Below, piece by piece: positions 51,975-63,262 of a stretch of 64,000 nt of DNA (positions are counted from its first letter, which is position 1; each line of letters opens with the position of its first letter). Origin of the DNA: an uncultured Acidobacteriota bacterium (GTDB lineage Bacteria; Acidobacteriota; UBA6911; RPQK01; JAPXNP01); contig CAVZRV010000029.1 in the NCBI GenBank assembly GCA_963777605.1, positions 32,001-96,000 of the forward strand, given 5' to 3'. The notes under the pieces were generated by a model. That model was not told where the DNA came from. It made no database searches and saw only the letters and a list, made by a program, of their open reading frames with translations. A program made the position numbers and the translations under genes.

Positions 51975-53981
51975 TCAAGCTCGGACCAGCTCCACCCGCG
52001 ATGCTCCGGCGGCCCGCAGCAGTTGAACCACGTGGGCCTCATCAAAACGTGGGTCTGCACGGTCGATGGAGATGAAAAACCGGTCGTCGGTAACCTTCTC
52101 AAACATCTTCGAACGGAACAGAGGGTGAAAGTGTTCCGGCAGCTTTGACAGCAACAGAAATCCGATCAGAGCCCCTAGGGCGCCACCGAGTACTCCGCAT
52201 TCGAACATGATCGGGACGAACGCCGGCCAGCTGAACAACGGCTTTCCGCTGATCACCAGCGGGTATGCTTCCACACTGACCCACCACTGGAGAGCCATCC
52301 CGAAGGCCGCTCCGGCCAGTCCCATGATCAGTACGAACCAGGGTACCGGAGACCGCTTGAGTCCCATGGCCCGTTCCAACCCGTGTACTGGGAATGGGCT
52401 GTGGGTATCCCACTTCGTATATTTGGCATCTTTGATCAGGTGAGAGGCGGAAAGCAGTTCGTCCGGCTTTTCGAACTCAGCCAGGATTCCGTAAACCTCG
52501 CCTTCCTCCTGGTCGGCGTCACCGTCAGGTTGGGCTGATTGTGATGCGATCGCCGTCTCTACCTCGTCGCGATAGGCTTCGCCTGCGTCCGCGTGGACAT
52601 GCGCCTGGGGCAGGACGCCCTTCAGTTCCGCCATCGCCACCATGGGGGCGTAACGGACAAACAGGCAGAACAGGGTGAAGAAGAGGCCGAAGCTTCCCAG
52701 TAGAGTAGAAATATCCCACATGGTGGGCGAGAAGTAATCCCAGCTCGACGGAAGGAAGTCGCGGTGGAGGGAAGTGACCACGATGACGAATCGCTCAAAC
52801 CACATCCCGATGTTGACCAGGATGGAGACGACAAAGAGCACCGGGATGCTCCGCCTGGCCCGGGTCCACCAGAAGATCTGGGGAGACAGCAGGTTGCAGC
52901 TGATCATGATCCAGTACGCCCAGGCATAGGGGCCGAAGGCACGGTTGATGAAGGCGAACTTCTCAAATGGGTTCCCGCTGTACCAGGCAATGAAGAACTC
53001 GATACTGTAGGAGAATCCGACCATGGTCCCGGTAACCAGAATGAGCTTGGCCATGCGGTCGAAATGGAGCATCGTGATGATGTGCTCCAGCTTGAACACG
53101 ACCCGGCAGATCACCATCAGCGTGATGACCATCGCCATCCCCGAGAAGATTGCCCCGGCGACGAAGTAGGGAGGAAAGATGGTGCTGTGCCAGCCGGGAA
53201 GCTGGGCTACCGCAAAGTCGAACGAAACCACCGAGTGTACCGAAAGCACCAGCGGAGTGGCCAGGCCCGCGAGCAGCAGGTAGGCACGCTCGTAATGGTG
53301 CCAGTGGCGCTGTGATCCACGCCATCCAAGCGAGAGGAAACCATATGCGAACTGGCGGATCTTCCCTTTGGCGCGATCGCGCAGCGTGGCCAGGTCGGGA
53401 ACCAACCCCAGGTACCAGAAGATCAGCGACACCGTGAAGTAAACGCTGACTGCAAAGACGTCCCACATCAACGGGCTGCGGAACTGCGGATAGATCAACA
53501 TTTGGTTGGGCAGCGGAACCATCCAGTAGTCCAGCCAGGGGCGACCGGTGTGAATTCCAGGGAAGACGAGCGCACAAATGACCGCGAAGATGGTCATTGC
53601 CTCGGCCGCCCGGTTGATCGACGTCCGCCATTTTTGGCGGAAAAGGAAGAGTACCGCTGAGATCAGCGTTCCCGCGTGACCGATTCCGACCCAAAACACG
53701 AAGTTGACGATCGGCCAACCCCAGGCCACCGGGATGTTGTTTCCCCAGATTCCGACTCCGGTCAGGAGCAGGTAGCCGATGGAGATCCCGAAGACGCCCA
53801 GCATGGCCATCGAGATACCGAGAACTATGTACCAGCCCAGAGGTGGCGTCCACTCGACGGGCGTGCATACCGCCTCGGTTATGCCGTGAAACCCGGGGCT
53901 GCCCGTAACCAGAGACGGGCGCTCTTCGATCGGATCAATATGATCCTTGATTGAATCCAGTCCCAGAACTGCTTGTGCCAT
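51975..53981 (-). CDS. actC: alternative complex III ActC (NrfD-like) fused to ActD (DUF3341)
   Basis: [35 protein letters not shown]; after an acidic linker [32 protein letters not shown]. Confidence 0.9.
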   Translation of the reverse strand: MAQAVLGLDSIKDHIDPIEERPSLVTGSPGFHGITEAVCTPVEWTPPLGWYIVLGISMAMLGVFGISIGYLLLTGVGIWGNNIPVAWGWPIVNFVFWVGIGHAGTLISAVLFLFRQKWRTSINRAAEAMTIFAVICALVFPGIHTGRPWLDYWMVPLPNQMLIYPQFRSPLMWDVFAVSVYFTVSLIFWYLGLVPDLATLRDRAKGKIRQFAYGFLSLGWRGSQRHWHHYERAYLLLAGLATPLVLSVHSVVSFDFAVAQLPGWHSTIFPPYFVAGAIFSGMAMVITLMVICRVVFKLEHIITMLHFDRMAKLILVTGTMVGFSYSIEFFIAWYSGNPFEKFAFINRAFGPYAWAYWIMISCNLLSPQIFWWTRARRSIPVLFVVSILVNIGMWFERFVIVVTSLHRDFLPSSWDYFSPTMWDISTLLGSFGLFFTLFCLFVRYAPMVAMAELKGVLPQAHVHADAGEAYRDEVETAIASQSAQPDGDADQEEGEVYGILAEFEKPDELLSASHLIKDAKYTKWDTHSPFPVHGLERAMGLKRSPVPWFVLIMGLAGAAFGMALQWWVSVEAYPLVISGKPLFSWPAFVPIMFECGVLGGALGALIGFLLLSKLPEHFHPLFRSKMFEKVTDDRFFISIDRADPRFDEAHVVQLLRAAGASRVELVRA

Positions 53982-54053
53982 ACGCAAATTCGATCTGTTT
54001 GGTTAATCCATGTGCCCGGATTCCGCGTCTCCAGGGCCCTGTTTTCCTCAGGT

Positions 54054-54383
54054 TCAAAAGAAAGGCAAGAAAAGGGAAAAGCCTGCCGACTCAGGCAGGT
54101 ATTGCCAGCCGCGGGTCAAGAGGTCGCCGAGCGTAAACAGCAGCATGATCGCCAGAAAGACGAAGCCGGCGCCGACGAAGAGGGCAGTCAGGCCGCTCTC
54201 GTATTTCACGTGCATAAAGAACAGAATCACCAGCATTGCCTTCGTGCAGGCGATCACGAGTGCCACATGAAAGCTGAGAATGCCCAAGTTGTAAAAGGAC
54301 ACTTCCACCGTGAGCAGCGTCAGCACCAGGAGCGTCGCAAAAATCAGGTAGTAGATTCCCCTTGGGAGGACATGATCACTCAT
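54054..54383 (-). CDS. cytochrome c oxidase subunit IV (caa3-type)
   Basis: IACTKAMLVILFFMHVKY. Confidence 0.88.
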   Translation of the reverse strand: MSDHVLPRGIYYLIFATLLVLTLLTVEVSFYNLGILSFHVALVIACTKAMLVILFFMHVKYESGLTALFVGAGFVFLAIMLLFTLGDLLTRGWQYLPESAGFSLFLPFF

Positions 54384-54386
54384 CGT

Positions 54387-55040
54387 TTATGACCTTCCGA
54401 CTAGATAGAGGAACGGAAAAAGGAATATCCAGACGATATCGACGAAATGCCAGTACAGGCCGGCCATCTCCACCGGCGCGTAGTACTGGGTCGAAAACCG
54501 GCCCTTCTGCGCCATCCAGACCAGCGTGGTCAGAATGCCGAGCCCGACGATCATGTGAATGGCGTGCAGGCCGGTCATAATGAAGTAAAAGGAATAGAAA
54601 AGTTCCACCTGCTTCGGGAACAGGCTCTCCACGTGGAAGCCGTGACCGGGGATTAGGTGGTGAACGAACTTGTCATGGTATTCCACGGCCTTGACGCCAA
54701 GGAAGGTCATGCCCAGTACCATCGTGGAGATCAGGTAGCGGACAATTTTCTTTCGCTGTCCGACCTGGGCGTAATGAACCGCCATCGCCATCGTGAGACT
54801 GCTGCAGATCAACACCGCGGTGTTGATGGCGCCCAGGAGGTAGTTGAGGTGATTACTTCCCTCGACGAAGGCGTCATGGTATTTCAGCCGATAGAAGCCG
54901 TAGGCCGTGAACAGGGCTCCGAACATCATGACCTCGGTGATGAGGAATGACCACATCCCGAGCTTGGCCGTTTCTTTCTGTTGTTCAGCGTCGTCGAACT
55001 GGTGGGCGACGAGACTATGATGATCGCTTGACAAGTTCAC
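54387..55040 (-). CDS. ctaE: cytochrome c oxidase subunit III
   Basis: [37 protein letters not shown]. Confidence 0.93.
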   Translation of the reverse strand: MNLSSDHHSLVAHQFDDAEQQKETAKLGMWSFLITEVMMFGALFTAYGFYRLKYHDAFVEGSNHLNYLLGAINTAVLICSSLTMAMAVHYAQVGQRKKIVRYLISTMVLGMTFLGVKAVEYHDKFVHHLIPGHGFHVESLFPKQVELFYSFYFIMTGLHAIHMIVGLGILTTLVWMAQKGRFSTQYYAPVEMAGLYWHFVDIVWIFLFPFLYLVGRS

Positions 55041-56664
55041 CCTCCGTATCGAAGTTCTCGTAGGCGTAAGCTTCTTCGGTTACAACCGGCGTCTGGTCAA
55101 AATTGAAAGTGGGCGGCGGAGAAGGAGTTGTCCACTCGAGGCCCGTGGCGTGCCACGGGTTGGGTCCGGCCTTCTCTCCCTTGACCAGGGAATAGATCAG
55201 GTAGAACACGGGGAAGGCATAACCGACCGCCAGGATAGAAGCCCCTGCCGTCGACAGGACCTGGAAGATCTGAAACTCCGGCGGATAGGAATGATAGCGC
55301 CGCGGCATCCCCAGGTACCCGACCAGGAACTGCGGGAAGAAGGTCAGATTGAATCCGATGAAAATGATAACGGCGCTCAGTTTTGCCCAGGCTTCCGAGT
55401 AGAGTTTGCCGAACATCTTCGGCCACCAGAAGTGCATGGCGGCGAGGTACCCCATGATGGCGCCGCCGACCATGATGTAGTGGAAGTGGGCGACCACGAA
55501 GTAGGTATCGTGGACGTGCACATCCAGTCCCAGCGTGCCCAGAAAGAGTCCGGTCAGTCCCCCGATCGTGAATAGGCCGAGGAAGCCGAAGACGTAGAGC
55601 ATCGGGGTCTCATAGATGATGGTCCCCTTGTACATCGTGGCGGTCCAGTTGAAGACTTTTATCGCGGACGGGATGGCAACCATCATCGTCAGCACCGAGA
55701 AAACCATTCCGGTGTAGATCGACTGGCTGCTCACGAACATGTGGTGTCCCCAGACCAGGAATCCGAGAACCGCGATTGCCAGGCTTGAAAAGGCGATAAA
55801 GGAATAGCCGAAGATCCGCTTGCGACTGAAGCAGGTGATGACCTCGCTGATGACCCCCATCGCCGGCAGAATCATGATGTAGACAGCGGGGTGGGAGTAG
55901 AACCAGAAAAGGTGTTGGAAGAGTACCGGGTCACCCCCGAGTGCCGGATCAAATATTCCGACCCGAAAGACCCGCTCGACGAACACCAGAAGGATCGAGA
56001 TGGCGACGACCGGAGTTCCCAGCAGCATGATCAGGCTCGTTGCATAGTGGGCCCAAACAAACAGAGGCAGGCGAAACCAGGTCAGGCCCGGCGCGCGCAT
56101 CTTGTGGATCGTTACCAGGAAGTTGAGGCCGGTCAGAATCGAGGAGAAGCCGGTTATGAACACGCCGATCGCGGTTAACCCGACCGCCGTCTTCGAATAG
56201 GTGCTGCTGTAAGGCGTGTAAAAGGTCCAGCCCGTGTCGACACCCCCGAAAAGGACCACCGCGAAGGTGATCAAGCCCCCGATTGTGAAAATATACCAGC
56301 TTGCCAGGTTGACCTTGGGGAAGGCCAGGTCGCGTGCCCCGATCATGATCGGGATCAGAAAATTCCCGAAAACCGCCGGAATCGACGGAATCAGGAAGAA
56401 GAAAATCATGACCAGCCCGTGAAGGGTGAACAGCTTGTTGTAGGTGTCTGACGAGACCAGGTCCCCGGGAGGCGTCAGGAGTTCGAGCCGGATCAGGACG
56501 GCAAACAACCCGCCGATCAGGAAGAATATGCTGATCGTAATCAGGTAGAGGATCGCGATCCGCTTATGGTCGGTTGTGAGTAGCCAGGACTTCAGCCCAT
56601 AACCGGCCGTCAGGTAGTTGGTGCCGGGCTCATTCGTGTGAATTTCAGAACCGGTGTTGCTCAT
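55015..56664 (-). CDS. ctaD: cytochrome c oxidase subunit I (A2-type)
   Basis: [16 protein letters not shown] (YS motif), [19 protein letters not shown]. Confidence 0.96.
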   Translation of the reverse strand: MSNTGSEIHTNEPGTNYLTAGYGLKSWLLTTDHKRIAILYLITISIFFLIGGLFAVLIRLELLTPPGDLVSSDTYNKLFTLHGLVMIFFFLIPSIPAVFGNFLIPIMIGARDLAFPKVNLASWYIFTIGGLITFAVVLFGGVDTGWTFYTPYSSTYSKTAVGLTAIGVFITGFSSILTGLNFLVTIHKMRAPGLTWFRLPLFVWAHYATSLIMLLGTPVVAISILLVFVERVFRVGIFDPALGGDPVLFQHLFWFYSHPAVYIMILPAMGVISEVITCFSRKRIFGYSFIAFSSLAIAVLGFLVWGHHMFVSSQSIYTGMVFSVLTMMVAIPSAIKVFNWTATMYKGTIIYETPMLYVFGFLGLFTIGGLTGLFLGTLGLDVHVHDTYFVVAHFHYIMVGGAIMGYLAAMHFWWPKMFGKLYSEAWAKLSAVIIFIGFNLTFFPQFLVGYLGMPRRYHSYPPEFQIFQVLSTAGASILAVGYAFPVFYLIYSLVKGEKAGPNPWHATGLEWTTPSPPPTFNFDQTPVVTEEAYAYENFDTEGELVKRSS

Positions 56665-57635
56665 CAGTTTCCACCTCGGTCAGGTGCGTTCGAAATGGGG
56701 CCAACCGCCCCGAGAGATTTGATGTAGGAAATCAGCTTGAGCACGTCTTCTTCGCTGGCCTGTCCTTTGAAGGTCGGCATGATCGGAGCAAAACCCTCCG
56801 TGATGTGGTCAGCAGGCTTAAGGATCGACTGCCGGATGTAATCGTCGTCGACTTTCACCTCAGAGCCGTCGATCGTTCGAACCTGCGTGCCGTAAATCCC
56901 CTGCAGGCTGGGGCCGCGCGCACCCGATTCCTCGGAATGGCAGGTCACGCAACCCAGCTTGGAGAAGATGTCCTCGCCCGCCTGGGCCATGGTCTGCGTC
57001 GCCGCAGTGGCGCGGTTCAGCCAATCCTCGTACTCGACCGGATCGAGTACGTAAATCTTTCCGATCATCTCGGAGTGCTTGGTCCCGCAGTACTCCGCAC
57101 AGAAAAGGTGAAACTGACCGGTTTCGGTCGCCTGAAACCAGGCCGACGTGTACTTGCCGGGGAGAACGTCCATCTTCATCCGAAAGGCCGGCACATAGAA
57201 GCTGTGGATGACGTCTTCGGACGTCATGATCAGACGTACCGGAGTGCCGAGTGGAACGTGGAGTTCGTTGATCTCCCGGTTGCCCTCCGGATGCTGGATC
57301 TTCCACATCCACTGTTTGCCGACCACGTAGACGTTCATGGCCTCAGGGGGAGGGGAATACATGTCGAAGTAGATCACGACACCCCACGCGAACATGATCA
57401 TGGAGAGCCCGAACGGGATAACCGTCCAGAGCAGTTCCAGTCCCAGAGATCCGTGGATCGGGGTTGGCCCGTCTCCGCCGGCGCGCTTGCGGTAGCGGAT
57501 CGCGAAGACGAGGACCAGGATACTGACCAGGAGAAAGAAGAATAAACTGACCCCGATCAGGAAGAAATAGAGGTGATCCACCCGCGAGGCAATGGTCGAA
57601 GCAGACTCAGGGAGTATTGAAAAATCCTTGAACAT
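56664..57635 (-). CDS. ctaC: cytochrome c oxidase subunit II with C-terminal cytochrome c
   Basis: [18 protein letters not shown] CuA site, CVTCH heme c. Confidence 0.95.
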   Translation of the reverse strand: MFKDFSILPESASTIASRVDHLYFFLIGVSLFFFLLVSILVLVFAIRYRKRAGGDGPTPIHGSLGLELLWTVIPFGLSMIMFAWGVVIYFDMYSPPPEAMNVYVVGKQWMWKIQHPEGNREINELHVPLGTPVRLIMTSEDVIHSFYVPAFRMKMDVLPGKYTSAWFQATETGQFHLFCAEYCGTKHSEMIGKIYVLDPVEYEDWLNRATAATQTMAQAGEDIFSKLGCVTCHSEESGARGPSLQGIYGTQVRTIDGSEVKVDDDYIRQSILKPADHITEGFAPIMPTFKGQASEEDVLKLISYIKSLGAVGPISNAPDRGGN

Positions 57636-57657
57636 GGTCTCTACTTAATCCAATCCA

Positions 57658-58467
57658 TCACGCCCGGGCGGAGGCTTCACCCTTCTCACGACGGATGAAG
57701 AAGAACAACAGGCCCGCGATGGCGAGAACCGTCAGTGCGCCGGCTGCCCGGAGTACCGACATAATGGCAAAGCTGTACTTCCCGGTAAGGGGATTGTAGT
57801 GGTAGCAGTACAGGAGTACCTGGTCGACTGGAGACCCGATCTTCTCCTGGGATGCCTCGATTAAGCCGAGGCGGAGGTCGCGGGGGGAGTACTCAACCCC
57901 GTAAAAGTAACGGGCGACTTTTCCCTCCGGAGTCAGGACCATGATCCCGCTGGCGTGGGCGTACTGCCCGGTCTCGGGATCGTAGGCGTAGCGGTAGCCG
58001 ACGGCGTCGGCGAGGGGACGAATCTGATCTTCCCGGCCGGTCAGGAAGTGCCAGCCGTTCTCGGCTCCCTCGCGGCGATAGCTGTCCAGATACTGGTGTT
58101 TCTTTTCGGTTGCGAGTTCCGGTGTTTCCTTTGGGTTGATCGACACCGTGAGCACCTCGAATTCGTTGCCCGCTGAGAAATCGAGGGTGCGCAGGGCGCG
58201 TACCGTGCCGTTGAGAATCAGCGTACACAGCATGGGGCATTCGAAGTAGACGAGGGTCAGGATGACCGGCTTCTTCCCGAAGTAGTCGGCCAGCTTCACG
58301 GTTTCTCCCGACTCGTTCACGAATTCCAGGTCGAGCGGCACCTGGCTGTTCAGCTTCTGGTCGAGGCCGATCTTGTCGAGCAGATCGGGACTCTGCTGGG
58401 CATGTGCCGTTCCCGCCAGCGAAAGCACCAGAAGCAAAGCTGCTGTGATGACTGTGGTTGATTTCAT
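57658..58467 (-). CDS. SCO family copper chaperone
   Basis: YFECPMLC CxxxC, YAHASG; signal peptide and C-terminal TM. Confidence 0.92.
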   Translation of the reverse strand: MKSTTVITAALLLVLSLAGTAHAQQSPDLLDKIGLDQKLNSQVPLDLEFVNESGETVKLADYFGKKPVILTLVYFECPMLCTLILNGTVRALRTLDFSAGNEFEVLTVSINPKETPELATEKKHQYLDSYRREGAENGWHFLTGREDQIRPLADAVGYRYAYDPETGQYAHASGIMVLTPEGKVARYFYGVEYSPRDLRLGLIEASQEKIGSPVDQVLLYCYHYNPLTGKYSFAIMSVLRAAGALTVLAIAGLLFFFIRREKGEASARA

Positions 58468-58505
58468 TTCGTTAGACCTCGGGCGGCGATTTCGTATCGC
58501 CGCGT

Positions 58506-58907
58506 TCAGTGGGACTCGGGCTCTCTCCTTGCTGAGCGGGCTGGAAGATCGCTCTGTGCGATGATTTCCATGGCGCGGTCGATGGGAATCCGAAACACTC
58601 CCGACTCTTTGTCGATCCATCCGTAGCTGTGCAGGGTCTTCTCTTCCCAGCTTCTCACCTCGATCAGCTCCTCGTGCGGATCGGGCTGGAGGCGTGGATC
58701 AGGAGGTATCTGGTTCACATCGATGACCGGGTTCACCGGGACGCCGGCTCGCTGGTAGTGATTCTGGAGCGCGTCGAACAGGAAGGTCATGCCGACCATC
58801 GCTACGATGAGCAGCAGGGCCAACCCGATCAGAAACCATAGGATCGGTTTGACGTCCGCATCGCTAGTTTCGTGCCCCTGACTGACTTTTGTTTCTTCTG
58901 ACTGCAT
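58506..58907 (-). CDS. ActG-like single-TM protein
   Basis: GHETSDAD, one TM, PPDPRLQ, YGWIDKESGVFRIPIDRAM; lies between actE and SCO. Confidence 0.72.
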   Translation of the reverse strand: MQSEETKVSQGHETSDADVKPILWFLIGLALLLIVAMVGMTFLFDALQNHYQRAGVPVNPVIDVNQIPPDPRLQPDPHEELIEVRSWEEKTLHSYGWIDKESGVFRIPIDRAMEIIAQSDLPARSARREPESH

Positions 58908-58961
58908 CGTCCCGTGTTCCTTGTGGGAAGCTATGCTCACTACTATGCTGTTAGGACCTGT

Positions 58962-59576
58962 CTAGTTGCTCTCTTCCGTATCACTTGCCTGGACTTTGGC
59001 GAAATCATCCGGAGAGACATCTCCCTCGGTGGCTGCCTGGCTCAACTGAAGGGAGCGAATGTAGGCGATGATCGCCCAGCGGTCCTCCGGGGCGACTCGC
59101 GCAGCATAGCTGAACATGGCTCCGTATCCGTTCGTGATGACGTTGAAAATGTAGCCGGGAGCGGCCTCTTTCAACCGGACAATGTGCAGCGAGGGCGGAC
59201 GCTTCATTCCGCGTCGGACGATCACTCCATGTCCAGTTCCCACGCGGTCGTGGCAGGGCGAGCAGTAGATGTCGAATCGCTCGTGCCCCCGGCGAAGGAG
59301 TTGCTCTGTGACCGGAAACGGAAACAGTTCCGAATCCTTGCCATCGACCTTGCCGGTGTAGAGCAATTCGTCGTCGTGAAGCTGCCCCTGGGCGACGGTC
59401 CCCTCGGGGGGGACGCGCGACGCCTGGCCATCCGGAAAAAAATCACTGGCGTCATAGGACTTGTACTTCGGCTGATCGTGCATGTCGAGCCGGCAACCCG
59501 CCACGCCGCCGGCCAGAACCATCAGTCCTAGCAGTCGGGCAATTCTGAAACGCCTCGGTCTTCGCACCTTGTTCAT
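58962..59576 (-). CDS. actE: alternative complex III monoheme cytochrome c lipoprotein ActE
   Basis: lipobox VAGC, MHDQPKY, YCSPCH, ITNGYGAM, DRWAIIAYIR. Confidence 0.9.
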   Translation of the reverse strand: MNKVRRPRRFRIARLLGLMVLAGGVAGCRLDMHDQPKYKSYDASDFFPDGQASRVPPEGTVAQGQLHDDELLYTGKVDGKDSELFPFPVTEQLLRRGHERFDIYCSPCHDRVGTGHGVIVRRGMKRPPSLHIVRLKEAAPGYIFNVITNGYGAMFSYAARVAPEDRWAIIAYIRSLQLSQAATEGDVSPDDFAKVQASDTEESN

Positions 59577-59612
59577 CCTCGTTAAGCAGTCAAAGCCATT
59601 CCGCTGCAAGGT

Positions 59613-62600
59613 CTAGACATCGTCACTCTTACTCAGTCGCGGATTGGGGTTCTTGATCTTTGCCAGATAGCTCGTGCGCGGTTTCGTTTTCAGTTCAGTC
59701 AGAATTCCGTAGTTGCGCTGATTACTCTTGATTTTGGCGACACGACTCTCGGGGTCGTTGATGTCGCCGAACACAATCGCATCGGTCGGGCAGACCTGCT
59801 GACAGGCGGTCTTGATCTCGCCGTCCTCGACCTCCCGGTCATCCAGTCGGGCCTGGATTTTGGCGGCGTTGATCCGTTGCACACAGTAGGTGCATTTCTC
59901 CATAACGCCGCGGCTGCGGACGGTCACGTCGGGGTTGCGCTGCAGCTTAAGGGACTCGGTCTGCCAGTCAGAGTAAAGCAGGAAGTTGAAACGGCGCACC
60001 TTATACGGGCAGTTGTTCGAGCAGTACCGGGTGCCCACGCACCGGTTGTAGACCATGTCGTTGAGCCCTTCGGGGCTGTGATTGGTCGCCCCTACTGGGC
60101 AGACGGTCTCACAGGGTGCGTTCTCACACTGCTGGCACATGATCGGCTGAAAGAGGGTTTCCGGGTCGTCAAGGTCGCCCTGGTAGTAGCGATCGATCCG
60201 GATCCAGGCCAATTCCCGGCCTTTACGGACCTGCTCCCGTCCCACCACGGCAATGTTGTTCTCGGATTGGCAGGCCACGACGCAGGCGTTGCAGCCGATG
60301 CAGGCACTGAGGTCTACGGCCATTCCCCAGGCATGTCCGTTGTATTCAAAGCCGGGGTACAGGTCCGCTTCTTTCCCGAATTCGTGATCCAGTTCCTGGG
60401 CGAATGCAGGATTCTGACGGAACTCCTCCTGGGTGCCTTCCCGCACGAGATGGCGCCCTTCCATGGAGTAGTGGTGCTGGGTACATGCCAGTTCTGCCGA
60501 CTCTCCCGTCGGTGTGATCTGGACGTCTTCCTGGTGCCACCAGTTTGCGCCGGAGCGCAGGGGATAAACGTCGAACCCGGCGCCGGCTCCGACGCGGCCG
60601 ACGGTCCGGCGGCCGTAACCCAGGTGAACTGTTACCGCGTTGGCGGGATGGCCGGGGTGAAGCCACACCGGCCCCGTCACACTGGTGTCCCCGACCTGAA
60701 CCGCCACGACGTCTCCGGACGAGATATTCAACTGCTCAGCGACGGCTGGAGGAACCAGTACCGCATTGTCCCAGGTCAACTTGGTCAGTGGCTTGGCGGC
60801 CTCCTGGAGCCATCCATTGTTGGCGTAGCGGCCGTCATAGATGTGGGGATCGGGTCGGACGATCAGTTCGAGTCCGGAACCCGGAGCCTCAACCCGGGAG
60901 AGTACCGACTGAATGGAACCTGCGTCCACCGCGACCGGGAGAGCTTCCGCAGGACCGGCCTCCAGGTGCCCTTCATAGAGTGCCCGGCGCCAGCGACTTT
61001 CAAAATCCAGGCCTCCCATTACCTTTGCCCAGTGGGCCTTGACCACGTCGTAGCCCGAGACTTCGGTCTCCTCGCCAAGCATTACGGCAACCAGTTCGAC
61101 CGCCGACTTGGAACGGTAGAGCGGCTCAATCAGCGGCTGGATCAGCGATGGTGTCCCATCGAATGCCCGTGCGTCCCCCCATGCTTCCAGGTAGTGAGAC
61201 TCGGGAATCTGCCAGTTACAGAGTTCGGAAGTCTCGTTTGCCTGTTGAGTGAGGTGGATCTTCAACGGCACCTGGGAGAGTGCGTTGGCGAAGTCCAGAT
61301 CGAAGGGGGCGTCGAACGCAGGGTTGCCACCGAAAATCAGGAGCGTTTCCACCTCCCCGTTCTTCATCTCCTCAACCAGTCGGGTCAGCGACTCGCTATT
61401 TACGTCGGGGCGCGACTCGATCGGTTCGGTGTGGATTACGGCCTCTCCCACGTTGTCGAGAGATGCGTTCATCCAGTGGACGAGTGCGTGCAGTTCCGGG
61501 GATTGCAATTCTCCCGGGATGATTGCCGAGCGCCCGCGATGGGCCTTCAGGTCTTCAGCCAGGGCATCGACGAACTCTTGCCGGTCGGCGTCCAAAGGCG
61601 CAGGGGAATTCACGGGAAGCCCCAAAGCGGCCGCCAGCGCCATCGCCACCACCATCACTTCGGCGTGACGCACGGCCAGTCGGTGGTCCGCGACCGAGGC
61701 GCTGACCGTCGGGGAGGATTCCACAACATAGAGCCGGTTCATCTCGAAGTCGGGTGAGTCAACGCGGCGTCTCGCCGAAAAGTCCTTGGCATAGCGGACT
61801 GCCGCCGGTCCCCAATACATGAAGTCGGCATCGAAGGAAACCACCCGGTCGGCGCGGTCGAGACGATAGTACGTGTTGACTGTCTTCCCGAAGGCGGCCT
61901 TTGCCCCCTGGCGGGCACTGTCCGCGTTGACCGGTTCGTACTGATGCCAGCCAACCTGGCCCAACGACTTCAGAAGCGCTTCAATCTGCTGAGAGAGCGT
62001 CGGCGAAGTGATGTTCCCGGTCAGGATTCTCAAGCCCTTGCCCTGGTTGACCTGGACCCGCTCCATCTCTGATCGAAGGGTTGCCGCAAAGACTTCCCAG
62101 GACCGGACTCGTCCGGCGTTGGTGACGGCCTGGATGCGATCGGGGTCGTAGAGGTCAAGCACCGAAGCCTGAACGTGGACGGATGTCGCCCCGAGGCTGG
62201 CGGGATGCTTTGGGTTGCCTTCAATCTTGGTTGGTCGACCGTCATGACTCTCGATCAGGACACCCTGGGCGTACCCGAATTGAGGAGCAGAAGACGCATA
62301 AAAAAGCGGCTTGCCCGGGATAACTTCCTCCGGGGCCCGCACATAGGGAACCAGTTTCTCGTCGGGTTGACGCGTACAAGCCGCCAGTCCCCCGAACGCG
62401 ATAGAGGCGCCCATCAGTTGGAGAAACCGGCGACGGCCCACCGGGTCCGTGAAGGTGTCGGCTTCGGCCGGGAACTCGTGCTCCAAGTAGTCCAGAAACT
62501 CTTCGGTCTCCGCCAGTTCTTCGATGCTCTTCCAGTAAGTGCGACCCGATGACTGCGCCAGTTTCTCGCGCAGAACGGCCAGGTCGATGGATGAATTTCC

Positions 62601-62615
62601 GGTTCTTGATCTCAT
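59613..62615 (-). CDS. actB: alternative complex III ActB (molybdopterin-oxidoreductase-like plus Fe-S domain)
   Basis: YWKSIEEL, RRRFLQLMGAS Tat-like motif, GRPTKIEGNP, CIGCNAC, CQQCENAPC, CVGTRYCSNNC, CTYC. Confidence 0.94.
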   Translation of the reverse strand: MRSRTGNSSIDLAVLREKLAQSSGRTYWKSIEELAETEEFLDYLEHEFPAEADTFTDPVGRRRFLQLMGASIAFGGLAACTRQPDEKLVPYVRAPEEVIPGKPLFYASSAPQFGYAQGVLIESHDGRPTKIEGNPKHPASLGATSVHVQASVLDLYDPDRIQAVTNAGRVRSWEVFAATLRSEMERVQVNQGKGLRILTGNITSPTLSQQIEALLKSLGQVGWHQYEPVNADSARQGAKAAFGKTVNTYYRLDRADRVVSFDADFMYWGPAAVRYAKDFSARRRVDSPDFEMNRLYVVESSPTVSASVADHRLAVRHAEVMVVAMALAAALGLPVNSPAPLDADRQEFVDALAEDLKAHRGRSAIIPGELQSPELHALVHWMNASLDNVGEAVIHTEPIESRPDVNSESLTRLVEEMKNGEVETLLIFGGNPAFDAPFDLDFANALSQVPLKIHLTQQANETSELCNWQIPESHYLEAWGDARAFDGTPSLIQPLIEPLYRSKSAVELVAVMLGEETEVSGYDVVKAHWAKVMGGLDFESRWRRALYEGHLEAGPAEALPVAVDAGSIQSVLSRVEAPGSGLELIVRPDPHIYDGRYANNGWLQEAAKPLTKLTWDNAVLVPPAVAEQLNISSGDVVAVQVGDTSVTGPVWLHPGHPANAVTVHLGYGRRTVGRVGAGAGFDVYPLRSGANWWHQEDVQITPTGESAELACTQHHYSMEGRHLVREGTQEEFRQNPAFAQELDHEFGKEADLYPGFEYNGHAWGMAVDLSACIGCNACVVACQSENNIAVVGREQVRKGRELAWIRIDRYYQGDLDDPETLFQPIMCQQCENAPCETVCPVGATNHSPEGLNDMVYNRCVGTRYCSNNCPYKVRRFNFLLYSDWQTESLKLQRNPDVTVRSRGVMEKCTYCVQRINAAKIQARLDDREVEDGEIKTACQQVCPTDAIVFGDINDPESRVAKIKSNQRNYGILTELKTKPRTSYLAKIKNPNPRLSKSDDV

Positions 62616-63262
62616 CGGTGACACGCTGAACAGTGAGTGAGGCTCTTAATGTTGTATTTCTTGACCAGTTCGCGACCCTGTTCCTCCTGGTTGGCCGGAG
62701 GCGTCCAGGTGACGCTGAAGACCTGGTCGCGGGGGCGAACGAACTTCTCGGGATTCCGGTGACAATTCAGGCACCATCCCATGTAAAGGGTATTGACCTT
62801 ACGCATGAGCGGCATCTGGTCCACCTGCCCGTGGCAGGTCGTGCACCCGACTCCCTTCTTCACGTGGATGCTGTGATTGAAGTAGACGAAGTCGGGCAAA
62901 TCATGAACCCGCCACCACTCCAGGGGTTTCCCGGTGCGATAGCTGTCCCGCACCGGCTGAAGAATGGGAGCATCCGTCCACACCTGCGAATGACAGGTCA
63001 TGCAGGTGTGGGTTGGCGGAATCCCCGCCGTCGAACTCTTCTCAACGGAAGTGTGGCAGTAGCGGCAGTCGATTCCCAGGCCGTTGACGTGGTGCTTGTG
63101 GCTGAACATCACCGGCTGTTCCCGGAACTCGTCTACTCGGTTGAAGTAGGAGGAGTAGTAGATCTGGTAGTAAGCCCAGCCGCCTCCCGCGGCCAGAAGA
63201 ATGACCGCCAGGAAGCCGATCCTCACGAGAATATTCGTACTGTGATGAAAAATCTGTGCCAT
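62612..63262 (-). CDS. actA: alternative complex III pentaheme cytochrome c ActA
   Basis: N-terminal TM and five CxxCH (CRYCH, CMTCH, CTTCH, CLNCH, CSACH); HDLPDFVYFNHS. Confidence 0.94.
   Translation of the reverse strand: MAQIFHHSTNILVRIGFLAVILLAAGGGWAYYQIYYSSYFNRVDEFREQPVMFSHKHHVNGLGIDCRYCHTSVEKSSTAGIPPTHTCMTCHSQVWTDAPILQPVRDSYRTGKPLEWWRVHDLPDFVYFNHSIHVKKGVGCTTCHGQVDQMPLMRKVNTLYMGWCLNCHRNPEKFVRPRDQVFSVTWTPPANQEEQGRELVKKYNIKSLTHCSACHR

Noticed and set aside
59877-61757. 626-aa plus-strand ORF, and similar long antisense ORFs at 825-1859, 29793-30977 and 37213-38229
   Set aside because: Shadow frames opposite clearly identified genes in GC-rich DNA; no recognisable motifs.
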